Numbered from the stretch's first letter, positions 49,319 through 58,693 are shown. The stretch is DNA of 64,000 bases from an uncultured Alphaproteobacteria bacterium (GCA_902623545.1 CACNUI010000001.1:23203-87202), one strand, 5' to 3'. Numbers and translations: made by a program. Notes: generated by a model from the sequence alone, not told the origin.

Positions 49319-49833
49319 TGAAAGAATACGTTCGAACAATTGCTGATTATCCTGTCAAAGGAATTCAATTTAGAGATATTACAACATTGTTGCAAAATGC
49401 AGGACACTTTAAACAAGTTATTGATGACATGGTAAAACCATGGCAAAATAAAAAAATAGATGCAGTTTTAAGTATAGAATCTCGTGGATTTATTATGGCA
49501 GGGGCAATAGCTTATTTTTTAAATGCAGCATTTGTTCCGTTGAGAAAGCCTCATAAACTTCCATTTGATACTTTTAAAGTCTCATACGATTTAGAATATG
49601 GATCAACTGAAATGCATATTCATACAGATGCTTTAGATGCTCATAAAGATTTACTAATTATTGATGATCTTTTAGCGACAGGCGGAACTGCACTTGCGGC
49701 AGTAGAATTAATAAATAAGTTCAAGGATAAAAATATTGTTGGAGCAGGCTTTATAATAAATTTACCTGAATTAAATGGTGATAAAAAATTAATTGAAAAA
49801 GGAATTGAGATACATTCTTTAATGGAGTTTTAA
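49318..49833 (+). CDS. apt: Adenine phosphoribosyltransferase
   Basis: DYPVKGIQFRDITTLL, IESRGF, YDLEYG, IIDDLLATGGT. Confidence 0.96.
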   Translation: MKEYVRTIADYPVKGIQFRDITTLLQNAGHFKQVIDDMVKPWQNKKIDAVLSIESRGFIMAGAIAYFLNAAFVPLRKPHKLPFDTFKVSYDLEYGSTEMHIHTDALDAHKDLLIIDDLLATGGTALAAVELINKFKDKNIVGAGFIINLPELNGDKKLIEKGIEIHSLMEF

Positions 49834-50973
49834 ATGAGAAATGCTGTTATTGTGGGTTACAAAAGATCACCATTCACTTTTGCTCGTAAAGGTGAAATGG
49901 CCAATATTAGACCCGAAGACATTCTATCACAAACAATAAATCAATTACTTAATGAAATAGAAATTAATAAAAATGACATAGAGGACATTATTACTGGTTG
50001 TGCGTATCCTGAAGGAGCACAAGGAAATAATATTGCTAAAATTGTTTCTTTCATGACAGATATGCCAGAACATGTAGCAGGTATGACAGTTAACAGATGG
50101 TGCGGTTCTTCAATGCAAGCTATTCATGATGCAACTGGCGCGATTGCTATTAACTCTGGAGATGTTTTTTTATGTTGTGGTGTAGAAAGTATGACATTTA
50201 TACCTATGAATGGATTAACATACGATCCTCATCCTCAATTAAGCAAAGATAATCCAAATGTATATATGTCTATGGGTATTACAGCTGAAAATGTTGCAAA
50301 AAAATTTAATATTTCTCGTAAAGAACAACAAGATTTTGCTATTAGTAGTCACTCTAAAGCTAATTTAGCTAGAGAATCAAATTTGTTCGACAATGAAATA
50401 GTTTCTATTACAAACAATGGTGAGAAAATTAATAAAGATGGTGGAATTCGACCTAATACCTCACATGAAATTTTAGACGGATTAAAACTCGCTTTTGATG
50501 AGAATGGAACAGTTACAGCTGGTACTGCTTCACCATTAACAGATGGTGCATCAGCAGTAATTGTCTGTGAGGAAGAATATGCAAAAAAAAATAATTTAAA
50601 TATTTTAGCTCGTATCAAATCTACAGCTGTAGTAGGTTGTCCTCCAGAATTAATGGGCCTTGGCCCAATTAATGCGTCTAAAAAAGCTCTTAAAAGAGCT
50701 AATTTATCTATTACCGATATTGATATTGTGGAACTAAATGAGGCATTTGCTTCTCAATCTTTAGCATGTATTAAAGAATTAAATATGGATATAAGTAAAG
50801 TAAATATACATGGTGGAGCAATAGCATTAGGCCACCCTTTAGGTGCTACTGGAGCAAGGATTGCAGGTAAAGTTGCAACTTTATTGCAAAATAATAATAA
50901 AAAGTATGGATTAGCGACACAATGTATAGGTTTAGGTCAAGGTATTGCAACTGTGTTAGAAAATATTAATTAG
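49834..50973 (+). CDS. Acetyl-CoA acyltransferase (thiolase)
   Basis: VNRWCGSSMQA, ELNEAFA, GGAIALGHPLGATG, TQCIGLGQG. Confidence 0.95.
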   Translation: MRNAVIVGYKRSPFTFARKGEMANIRPEDILSQTINQLLNEIEINKNDIEDIITGCAYPEGAQGNNIAKIVSFMTDMPEHVAGMTVNRWCGSSMQAIHDATGAIAINSGDVFLCCGVESMTFIPMNGLTYDPHPQLSKDNPNVYMSMGITAENVAKKFNISRKEQQDFAISSHSKANLARESNLFDNEIVSITNNGEKINKDGGIRPNTSHEILDGLKLAFDENGTVTAGTASPLTDGASAVIVCEEEYAKKNNLNILARIKSTAVVGCPPELMGLGPINASKKALKRANLSITDIDIVELNEAFASQSLACIKELNMDISKVNIHGGAIALGHPLGATGARIAGKVATLLQNNNKKYGLATQCIGLGQGIATVLENIN

Positions 50974-50978
50974 ATATT

Positions 50979-52754
50979 ATGCAAATTTATAAAACACCGC
51001 TTCGTGAATTTAAATTTCTAATTGAAGATTTTTTAAATCTTAAGGAAAGCGAAACATTAAAAAAATTAGATTTAGAAACAAGCGATCTAATGCTAATTAT
51101 TGAAGAAGCAGCAAAACTATGTGAAGAAACCTTACTCCCACTTAATCAAAGTGGAGATAGCGAAGGATGTTTATTTAATAATGGAGTTGTGACTGCACCA
51201 AAGGGATTTAAAGAAGCTTATAAAACTTTTTCTGAAAATGGCTGGCAGGGACTTAAAGTAAAAGAAGAATATGGTGGTCAAAACCTTCCTTATATTATGA
51301 ATATGATTTTAGATGAAATGATAAGCTCTACTAATATGTCATTTGGTCTTTATCCAGGTCTTACAGCAAATGCAATCGATGCAATTGAAAAGAGTGCTAA
51401 TGAAGATCTGAAAAATACCTATTTGCCAAATTTAACAAATGGTAAGTGGACAGGAACAATGAATTTAACTGAACCTCAATGTGGAACAGATCTTGGATTA
51501 AGTAAAACAATGGCAACACCATTAGATGATGGAAGTTATAACATTACTGGTACTAAAATATTTATTACATGTGGAGAGCACGATCTAAGTGAAAATATTA
51601 TTCATTTAGTACTAGCAAGAACACCAAATGCGCCCCCTGGTATAAAAGGTATAAGTTTATTCTTAGTTCCTAAATTTTTACCAAATGAAAGTGGCAAATT
51701 TGTTGAAAGAAATAAAGTTGAATGCGGATCAATTGAGAAGAAGATGGGTATTCATGCTAGCCCAACCTGTGTCATGCATTACAATGAGGCTAAGGGCTGG
51801 TTAGTAGGCGATATTAATAAAGGTATGAGAGCCATGTTTATAATGATGAATGGAGCCCGTTTGTTTGTAGGCATACAAGGTTTAGGATTATCAGAAACTG
51901 CTTATCAATCTGCACTTTATTATTCGAAAGAGCGTTTACAAGGAAAATTATCTTCTAGTAATCAAGTTGCTGATCCCATAATAGTTCACCCTGAAATAAG
52001 AAAAAATTTATTATATATTAAATCAATCAATGAGGCAGTAAGAGGATTAACTTTATTAGCTGGAAATCACTTTGATAATATTGAAAATTCTTCAGATGAC
52101 AAAGATAAGAAATTATCTGAAAATTTTATAGCACTCATGACGCCAATTATTAAATCATACGCTTCAGACAAATCTGTAGAAAACACAAATCGAGCTATGC
52201 AAATTTATGGAGGCCATGGTTTTATAACTGATCATGGAATGGAACAATTAGTAAGAGATGCTAGAATTACAACAATCTATGAAGGAACAAACGGTATTCA
52301 AGCACTAGATTTAATAGGAAGAAAATTACAAACTGATAATGGTGCTTTATTCAAAGAATTTTTTAGTATGATAGATAATTATCAAAATAAAATAAATAAT
52401 AATCAAGACATGAGAAAATATAGTGATTTATTCATACCTTCTTACAATTCTTACAAAAGTATCTTTGAATATATTCAATCTTTAGATGATGAAAATGAAA
52501 TTAATTCTCATGCAGTAGAATTTTTAAATTTATCATCATTAATTTCTTTAGGCTATATTTGGTTACAGTACATAGAAATTTCATTAGCAAAATTAAAAAA
52601 ACAAGATGAAAGTTTTTATAAATCTAAAATTGAAACAGGTAACTTCTTTTTAACTAAATTATTAGGTGAAACACAAGTTCTTTGTCAAAATATAAAATCT
52701 GGTGGAAAATACTATAATGATTATAATGATAAATATTTCGAAACAGCAATCTAA
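50979..52754 (+). CDS. Long acyl-CoA dehydrogenase (FadE/DmdC-like)
   Basis: WTGTMNLTEPQCGTDLG, GTKIFIT.GEHDL.ENIIHLVLAR, EKKMGIHASPTC, IYEGTNGIQALDL. Confidence 0.9.
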   Translation: MQIYKTPLREFKFLIEDFLNLKESETLKKLDLETSDLMLIIEEAAKLCEETLLPLNQSGDSEGCLFNNGVVTAPKGFKEAYKTFSENGWQGLKVKEEYGGQNLPYIMNMILDEMISSTNMSFGLYPGLTANAIDAIEKSANEDLKNTYLPNLTNGKWTGTMNLTEPQCGTDLGLSKTMATPLDDGSYNITGTKIFITCGEHDLSENIIHLVLARTPNAPPGIKGISLFLVPKFLPNESGKFVERNKVECGSIEKKMGIHASPTCVMHYNEAKGWLVGDINKGMRAMFIMMNGARLFVGIQGLGLSETAYQSALYYSKERLQGKLSSSNQVADPIIVHPEIRKNLLYIKSINEAVRGLTLLAGNHFDNIENSSDDKDKKLSENFIALMTPIIKSYASDKSVENTNRAMQIYGGHGFITDHGMEQLVRDARITTIYEGTNGIQALDLIGRKLQTDNGALFKEFFSMIDNYQNKINNNQDMRKYSDLFIPSYNSYKSIFEYIQSLDDENEINSHAVEFLNLSSLISLGYIWLQYIEISLAKLKKQDESFYKSKIETGNFFLTKLLGETQVLCQNIKSGGKYYNDYNDKYFETAI

Positions 52755-53059
52755 TGACTATAAAAATTTATAAACCTTCGAAAACTTCTATGCAGTCAGG
52801 TTTTAAAAAAACAAAATTATGGTTAGCAGAATATATTTCCGAAGTAGAAAAAGTAAAAGATTCGTTAATGGGTTGGAATAGTTCATTAGATACCAAATCT
52901 CAGATAAAACTTTTTTTTGATACGAAAGAACAGGCTGTTGAATGGGCAAAGAAAAATAATTATCAATATTTTGTTGAAGAACCAAAGCAAAGAAAAATTA
53001 AACCTAAAAGTTATGCTTCAAATTTTGATACAAATAGAAAAGAGCCTTGGACACACTGA
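52754..53059 (+). CDS. Complex I accessory subunit, NDUFS4/ETC_C1 family
   Basis: KTSMQSG, LMGWNSS, LFFDTKEQA, KPKSYASNF. Confidence 0.9.
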   Translation: MTIKIYKPSKTSMQSGFKKTKLWLAEYISEVEKVKDSLMGWNSSLDTKSQIKLFFDTKEQAVEWAKKNNYQYFVEEPKQRKIKPKSYASNFDTNRKEPWTH

Positions 53060-53106
53060 GTATAATTTCTTTCCTTATTTTTTAGACTATGATAAATGCA
53101 AATTAT

Positions 53107-53182
53107 GCGCCCGTAGCTCAGTGGATAGAGCAACCGCCTTCTAAGCGGTAGGTCAAATGTTCGAATCATTTCGGGCGCGCCA
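53107..53182 (+). tRNA. tRNA-Arg (TCT)
   Basis: Acceptor GCGCCCG/CGGGCGC, anticodon arm ACCGC-CT-TCT-AA-GCGGT, TTCGAAT loop, CCA. Confidence 0.97.
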
Positions 53183-53202
53183 CATAAATGTAATTATTTA
53201 TT

Positions 53203-54213
53203 ATGATAAATAATATATTTGCTAAATTTTTATTAAGATTTTTTCTTCTTTTGTTTTGTTCCTTTTTTATTTTGGAAATATTTATTAGAGTTGTTGATGA
53301 AAACTGTTATTCATTTTTCCCAGTCTATATTGAAAATGAAATAGAAACATTGCCAAAAAATAAAAATTTTTGTGCGAAATATACTGGTCATCCCAAAGCA
53401 TTTTATTCAACAGATGATTATGGTTTGAGAGTAAAAAATAATAAGATTAAAAATAATCAAAACACTTATTTATTAGTTGGAGATAGTCAGGCAATGGGAT
53501 ATGGCATTAATTTTGATGATCATTTTCTTCATAAATATCTAAGTTTTAATAAGAATGCTCATTTAGAAATACTGGCTTCACCAACTTTTAAACTGCAAAG
53601 TTTACATAATTTTAAAAAAGTTAATGATGACTTTAACTTCCAAAAATATGAAAAAATATTTTTCTTTCTAAATATATGGGTAGATATTGATAGATTTGTA
53701 TTAAGTTGGGATGAAAATTGGAGAATAAAAAACAGAAAATTTGATATTGAGATTAGTAAATATTTTAGATCATACGAATATATAAAAAAAATTTTAAAAT
53801 TTTCAAAAAAAAGAAAAGGTCAACCGTATAATTTATATTTTAATTTTCTAACTGATGATGAAATAGAATATTTAATATATTCAATAGTAGATCAATATAA
53901 ATTATTTATTGATACAAATTCAATTAAACAATATGAATTTATAATATTACCACCTGCTTGGTATTTTGATAAGAACCAGTTAAGGAAATTTAATTATGGT
54001 TTTAAAAATGAAGAATTTTTAAATTTATTTAATGATTATGACTACTATTATAATAAAATGAAAAATAATTTAGAAATCCTTTCTAAAAAATTTAAAAAAG
54101 ATGAGATTGACTATATTTTAATTGATCAACTAGATAATCCAGAAACAAGTTTTCTTAAAACTGACTATCATTTAAATGAAAATGGACATGATGAAGTATT
54201 TAAAAAATTTTAG
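53203..54213 (+). CDS. Membrane-anchored SGNH/GDSL-fold protein
   Basis: N-terminal TM ending LEIFIR, YSTDDYGLR, block I LVGDSQAMG, block V DYHLNENGH. Confidence 0.8.
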   Translation: MINNIFAKFLLRFFLLLFCSFFILEIFIRVVDENCYSFFPVYIENEIETLPKNKNFCAKYTGHPKAFYSTDDYGLRVKNNKIKNNQNTYLLVGDSQAMGYGINFDDHFLHKYLSFNKNAHLEILASPTFKLQSLHNFKKVNDDFNFQKYEKIFFFLNIWVDIDRFVLSWDENWRIKNRKFDIEISKYFRSYEYIKKILKFSKKRKGQPYNLYFNFLTDDEIEYLIYSIVDQYKLFIDTNSIKQYEFIILPPAWYFDKNQLRKFNYGFKNEEFLNLFNDYDYYYNKMKNNLEILSKKFKKDEIDYILIDQLDNPETSFLKTDYHLNENGHDEVFKKF

Positions 54214-54784
54214 ATTATTATTTTTAATATTTATTGTTTCAAAAACAGTTTTTGCAAATCAAAATGATGTATATTTTATTAATTCAATGGCCAATAATTT
54301 AATTGAAATAGATCAATCTTCACTTAAAAATTATTTGGATAAGAAAAATTTAAATCTAATTAGCTATTCTGACAATATTAATTCGATTTTTGATCAGGCT
54401 GATATTTATGAAGAGATATCTCAACAAAATACAAATAAAAAAATAATCTTTGTTGATAAATATTATCTAGAATCAATATTATTTGAGGCTGATTATTTTT
54501 TATTATCTTGTGCTAGAGATCAAATAATATGCAATAAAAAAAAAAGAATTACTTATAATGAAATGTTTTATCCTTTATTAAATATTCTTCATGAAAGACT
54601 ATTAAATTTATATTTTCATAATTATAATCAAAATATACTATTAATATTTAATAATATAGATAATGACATGTTTCTTAGAAATTATTTTACAAACCATTCA
54701 TTATTATTTAAGAATATTACATACTGTATTGCAGAAACTATAAATCAATTTGAAGGTTGCATCGATGAATTTGTTAGTGAATAG
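54191..54784 (+). CDS. Secreted hypothetical protein
   Basis: Sec-type signal MKYLKNFRLLFLIFIVSKTVFA; overlaps both neighbours; 4 Cys; no family recognised; start could be 54188. Confidence 0.65.
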   Translation: MKYLKNFRLLFLIFIVSKTVFANQNDVYFINSMANNLIEIDQSSLKNYLDKKNLNLISYSDNINSIFDQADIYEEISQQNTNKKIIFVDKYYLESILFEADYFLLSCARDQIICNKKKRITYNEMFYPLLNILHERLLNLYFHNYNQNILLIFNNIDNDMFLRNYFTNHSLLFKNITYCIAETINQFEGCIDEFVSE

Positions 54785-56204
54785 ACTAAAACAATATTTT
54801 ATTTTTTTATTTTTTATATTTGTTTTACTCAATGTCAATGTTGGTAAGGCTGACTCTCATGATGATCTAACTCAAGATTTAAAGCAAGCTCTTTCAAAAG
54901 TTATTAATGAAAATTTTTCTAAAGATTTACAAAAAGCAATAGCGACATATGCAAGTGTAATATCACAAAAATTAAATGAAGATGAAAAAGAAGATGAAAA
55001 AACTCAATTACTACAATCGACAAAGGAAATACTTCGTATTTCTTCCAACGGAAATATAAATGATTTTAACCAACTTTACACTTTATTAAATAATTTAGAA
55101 AAAATTATAGATATAATTTATCCTTATATTTTAGATGAAATGAGTAAGCAAAATATTGAAAATGATCTTCAAATTAAAGCTTGGTTGGCTTTTAGTGATC
55201 TAAAAACAGGTATAGCTAATTTTGATGAATCTCAAATCAAAAATTCTCTTCAGGTCATAAGTAAAGCGTTGGTAGCTGAAAGCATAACAGAAGCTAAACA
55301 AGATGTGGCAGAAAATGAAACTGAAACGGAGAATGGACAAAATAATGGAAGTAAAATAGCTAATTATGATGTTGATAGTGAGCAAGATGTAATGGGTAAA
55401 GTTCAAAAAACAGGAGCAAAAGGCTTTTTTGAAGACGATACTCAACTTAAAAAAAATAATAAAGTTTCAACAAATAAAGTTTTGACATGTAGAGAAAGTT
55501 CAAGAGGATGCATATTTATATTAGATAAAAATACATCATTTTATTTAAAAAACGCTACAAAAATAATTATAAATTCTTACTTTGTGGACGAAGATGGTAC
55601 TCAATTCATCAAAGCTTGTCTTCTTGAAGGAGGATTTTATTTTAAGACCTTAAGAAAAACAAATTCACAAGTTACTATTAATATAAAAAATAATGGAATG
55701 GATCATTATGATGCGATAACTTCTAAAGGTTTTGATGCAAAATTTGGAGTGTTAAAAGAAAATAATATTGATATCGTCAACGCTGGTGGAACGAAAGTCT
55801 CTAAATTTAGGTTCTATTCTGAGAATGCTGCTATGAAACTAGGCAACGTTAATATTTCAAATATTGAAGATGTGAAAAACATGTTTGATGAGATGCCTCT
55901 AAATGATATTCTTCCATCTATTACAAATGCTAATGGCGACCCTTGTATTAATCCAAATTTTGGTGATATATATATTAAAGTACAACAGATAAATACGGAC
56001 ACATGCACTCATAATCATTTTCATGATGAAAATGGAGATGAACACACAGATGATTATGATGAAGGAAATTATGATTTTGGTGATAGTTGTAATGCAGATA
56101 TAGTGATTCCACCCGTAATTTGTCCTAATTATAGTTGTGTTTTAAATCCTCCATCTCCAGATGATCCTAATCCTAATCCAGGAGAAGATCATCACTCTGG
56201 ATAA
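54765..56204 (+). CDS. Secreted protein: helical N-domain, FecR-like beta domain, acidic His/Cys/Pro-rich tail
   Basis: Signal peptide; central LTCRESSRGCIFILDKNTSFYLKNATKIIINSY...LLEGGFYF resembles the FecR pattern; tail begins DTCTHNHFHDENGDEH and ends HHSG. Confidence 0.6.
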   Translation: MNLLVNRLKQYFIFLFFIFVLLNVNVGKADSHDDLTQDLKQALSKVINENFSKDLQKAIATYASVISQKLNEDEKEDEKTQLLQSTKEILRISSNGNINDFNQLYTLLNNLEKIIDIIYPYILDEMSKQNIENDLQIKAWLAFSDLKTGIANFDESQIKNSLQVISKALVAESITEAKQDVAENETETENGQNNGSKIANYDVDSEQDVMGKVQKTGAKGFFEDDTQLKKNNKVSTNKVLTCRESSRGCIFILDKNTSFYLKNATKIIINSYFVDEDGTQFIKACLLEGGFYFKTLRKTNSQVTINIKNNGMDHYDAITSKGFDAKFGVLKENNIDIVNAGGTKVSKFRFYSENAAMKLGNVNISNIEDVKNMFDEMPLNDILPSITNANGDPCINPNFGDIYIKVQQINTDTCTHNHFHDENGDEHTDDYDEGNYDFGDSCNADIVIPPVICPNYSCVLNPPSPDDPNPNPGEDHHSG

Positions 56205-56219
56205 TATAGCTAAGTTTTT

Positions 56220-56951
56220 ATGGGATCATTTAATTTCAAATCAATATTTAAAAAAATTAACAAAAAAAATAATTCCTTTAATAATCAAGAATCTGATTTT
56301 TTAAATAATTTTGGTTTAGCTGAATTTGGTAGTGCTCTAGATATGCTTGCTGCTGCTGAATTAACTACGACTAATAAATTAAAAAAAGGTTATTTAAATC
56401 ATGCTATAGATGAATTTAGGCACGCGCAATTATTTTTTAATCATGCCAAAAATTTAATTAATAAATCAAATAATAATTTAGTTAATGTTTCTGGTATCGC
56501 TGAAATTGGTGAAAGAATAAGATATCTTAATTTCATTGGAGAAAAACCAATTTACAGTGAATTAAATGAACTTGATTTTATCAATTTTGTAATGATATCT
56601 GAAGCCGCAGCAGAGAAGTATTTTACAAAACTCTCAAATAATAAAAATTTTAATTCCGAAACAAGAGCTTTATTCTCATTAATAGCTAAAGAAGAAGGCC
56701 ATCATGTAATATATGCAAAAAATGAATTGGAAAAGAGACGAAAGAATGGTGTTAAAGGTATATACAGATCCTATCTTTACATTAAATGGTTTCGATTTAA
56801 AACTGATTTACTTTCTAATACGAGAAAGATTTGGACAAAATTAGGAGACTTAATTCTTGCATTAATATTTTTCATTTTTATTCCAATAAATAAAATATTT
56901 TTTAAAAAAAATTATAAATTTAATACTTACGATCCTCGATCTATGATATGA
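56220..56951 (+). CDS. Ferritin-like di-iron carboxylate protein with C-terminal SxtJ-like membrane segment
   Basis: E35...E65xxH68...E128...E159xxH162 (AEFG, DEFRH, SEAA, EEGHH); C-terminal WTKLGDLILALIFFIFIPINKIF. Confidence 0.78.
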   Translation: MGSFNFKSIFKKINKKNNSFNNQESDFLNNFGLAEFGSALDMLAAAELTTTNKLKKGYLNHAIDEFRHAQLFFNHAKNLINKSNNNLVNVSGIAEIGERIRYLNFIGEKPIYSELNELDFINFVMISEAAAEKYFTKLSNNKNFNSETRALFSLIAKEEGHHVIYAKNELEKRRKNGVKGIYRSYLYIKWFRFKTDLLSNTRKIWTKLGDLILALIFFIFIPINKIFFKKNYKFNTYDPRSMI

Positions 56952-58693
56952 ATAAATATGTCCTCGGAATATCATGTTATTTCCATGACTCCTCTGTATC
57001 ATTAATTAAAAATGGAAAAATAATATCTGCAGTTCAAGAAGAACGTTTCACTGGAATTAAAGGTGATTCATCATTTCCTTCTAGGTCAATTGAATGGTGT
57101 TTAAATATAAATAATCTTAAAATTTCCGATATTAGTTATATTGTTTTTTATGAAAAACCTCTTAAAAAATTTCTTCGTATTTTAAATTCTTCAATAGAAT
57201 ATTTTCCTAAATCAAGAAGTTTTTTTATCTCACAAATGAAGAGATGGTTATCAGAAAAAATATGGACAAAAACAAATATTGTTAAAAAATTAAAATTTTC
57301 TGCAGATAAAATATTATTTTGTCAACATCACTTATCACATGCTTCTAGTATTTATTATACTAATAACCTAACCCATAGTTGTATCATGGTTAATGATGGT
57401 ATTGGAGAAGATCAAAGTTTTTCAATATGGTCAGGAGAAAAAAGTAAAATAAAATTATTAGATGAAATTTTATTTCCTAAATCTTTAGGTTTATTTTATT
57501 CAACAATGACGTCATTTCTTGGTCATCAAATAAATGAAGGGGAAAATAAAGTCATGAGTATGTCTGCTTATGGTAATAATTCCCTTGATAATAAATTAAA
57601 TAAGGTAATGTCAATTTCAGACAAAAAAATTTTTCATCAAAATATGGATTATTTTGAATATCAATTTAGTTTGTATAATAATTTTTCAAATAAACTCTCT
57701 AATTTATTAGGAGAACCAAGAATACCTAACTCTGAATTTTTGAATGAAGATTTTGTTCTTTCTAATGATAAATCTGAAAAATATGCAAACATCGCTTACT
57801 CTACTCAAAAAATTACAGAAAATATAATTGAACAACAATCTAATCATGCATATGAAATTTTTCCTTCAGACAATATTTGTTTATCAGGAGGCGTGCATTT
57901 AAATTGCAAAGCAAATAATGAGTCATTTAAAAATTCTAAATTTAAAAATATCTATATTAATTTTTGCCCTTCTGACTCTGGAGGTTCAATTGGTGCTTCA
58001 TTGTGGGCTTGGAATAATGTTATAGAGAAAAATGAAAATATATTTAATCAAGATGTGTATCTAGGCCCCTCTTTTGATAACGATTTTATTGAAGAGACTT
58101 TAAAAGATCTAAAAATTAATTACACTAAATTTAAGTCTACTAAAGAATTACTTTCAGATGCTGCAAATTATTTACTTAAAGATAAAATAATATGTTGGTT
58201 TCAGGGTAAATTAGAGTTTGGAAAAAGAGCTCTAGGGAATAGATCAATATTAGCAAGACCAGATAATAAAAAATTATCCCAAAAGATAAATAATGTAATT
58301 AAAAATAGAGAGCAATATCAGCCATTCGCATCATCAGTCTTGTATGAAAAGGCTGAAGAATTTTTTGAAATTGATAGCAAATTTAAAAATAGTTATAAAT
58401 ACATGAGTGTTGTTGCTTATAACAATAAGAAAAATACTAATAAAATTGAAGGTGTTTTGCATGTAGATAATTCTTGCAGAATACAACTAGTTGAAGAAAC
58501 AGATAATAGTTTATATTATAATTTGATTAAAAATTTTTTTGAGTTATCAAACATACCTCTTTTATTAAATACTTCATTAAATTTAAAGGGAGAACCAATT
58601 GTTGATAATCCAATAAAAGCAATTTCAACTTTTTTAAGATCAAATTGCGACATAATGTATATCGGTAATTTTAAAATTTATCAGAATGATTAA
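56948..58693 (+). CDS. Carbamoyltransferase, NodU/CmcH/TobZ family
   Basis: LGISCYFHDSS, QEERFT, HHLSHA, DGIGE, SLGLFY, SGGVHLNCKAN, EFGKRALGNRSILA, HVDNSCRIQ, LNTSLN..GEPIV. Confidence 0.93.
   Translation: MNKYVLGISCYFHDSSVSLIKNGKIISAVQEERFTGIKGDSSFPSRSIEWCLNINNLKISDISYIVFYEKPLKKFLRILNSSIEYFPKSRSFFISQMKRWLSEKIWTKTNIVKKLKFSADKILFCQHHLSHASSIYYTNNLTHSCIMVNDGIGEDQSFSIWSGEKSKIKLLDEILFPKSLGLFYSTMTSFLGHQINEGENKVMSMSAYGNNSLDNKLNKVMSISDKKIFHQNMDYFEYQFSLYNNFSNKLSNLLGEPRIPNSEFLNEDFVLSNDKSEKYANIAYSTQKITENIIEQQSNHAYEIFPSDNICLSGGVHLNCKANNESFKNSKFKNIYINFCPSDSGGSIGASLWAWNNVIEKNENIFNQDVYLGPSFDNDFIEETLKDLKINYTKFKSTKELLSDAANYLLKDKIICWFQGKLEFGKRALGNRSILARPDNKKLSQKINNVIKNREQYQPFASSVLYEKAEEFFEIDSKFKNSYKYMSVVAYNNKKNTNKIEGVLHVDNSCRIQLVEETDNSLYYNLIKNFFELSNIPLLLNTSLNLKGEPIVDNPIKAISTFLRSNCDIMYIGNFKIYQND

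Noticed and set aside
52917..53144. 75-aa ORF overlapping the NDUFS4-like gene and tRNA-Arg
   Set aside because: Out-of-frame shadow running into the tRNA; no protein features.
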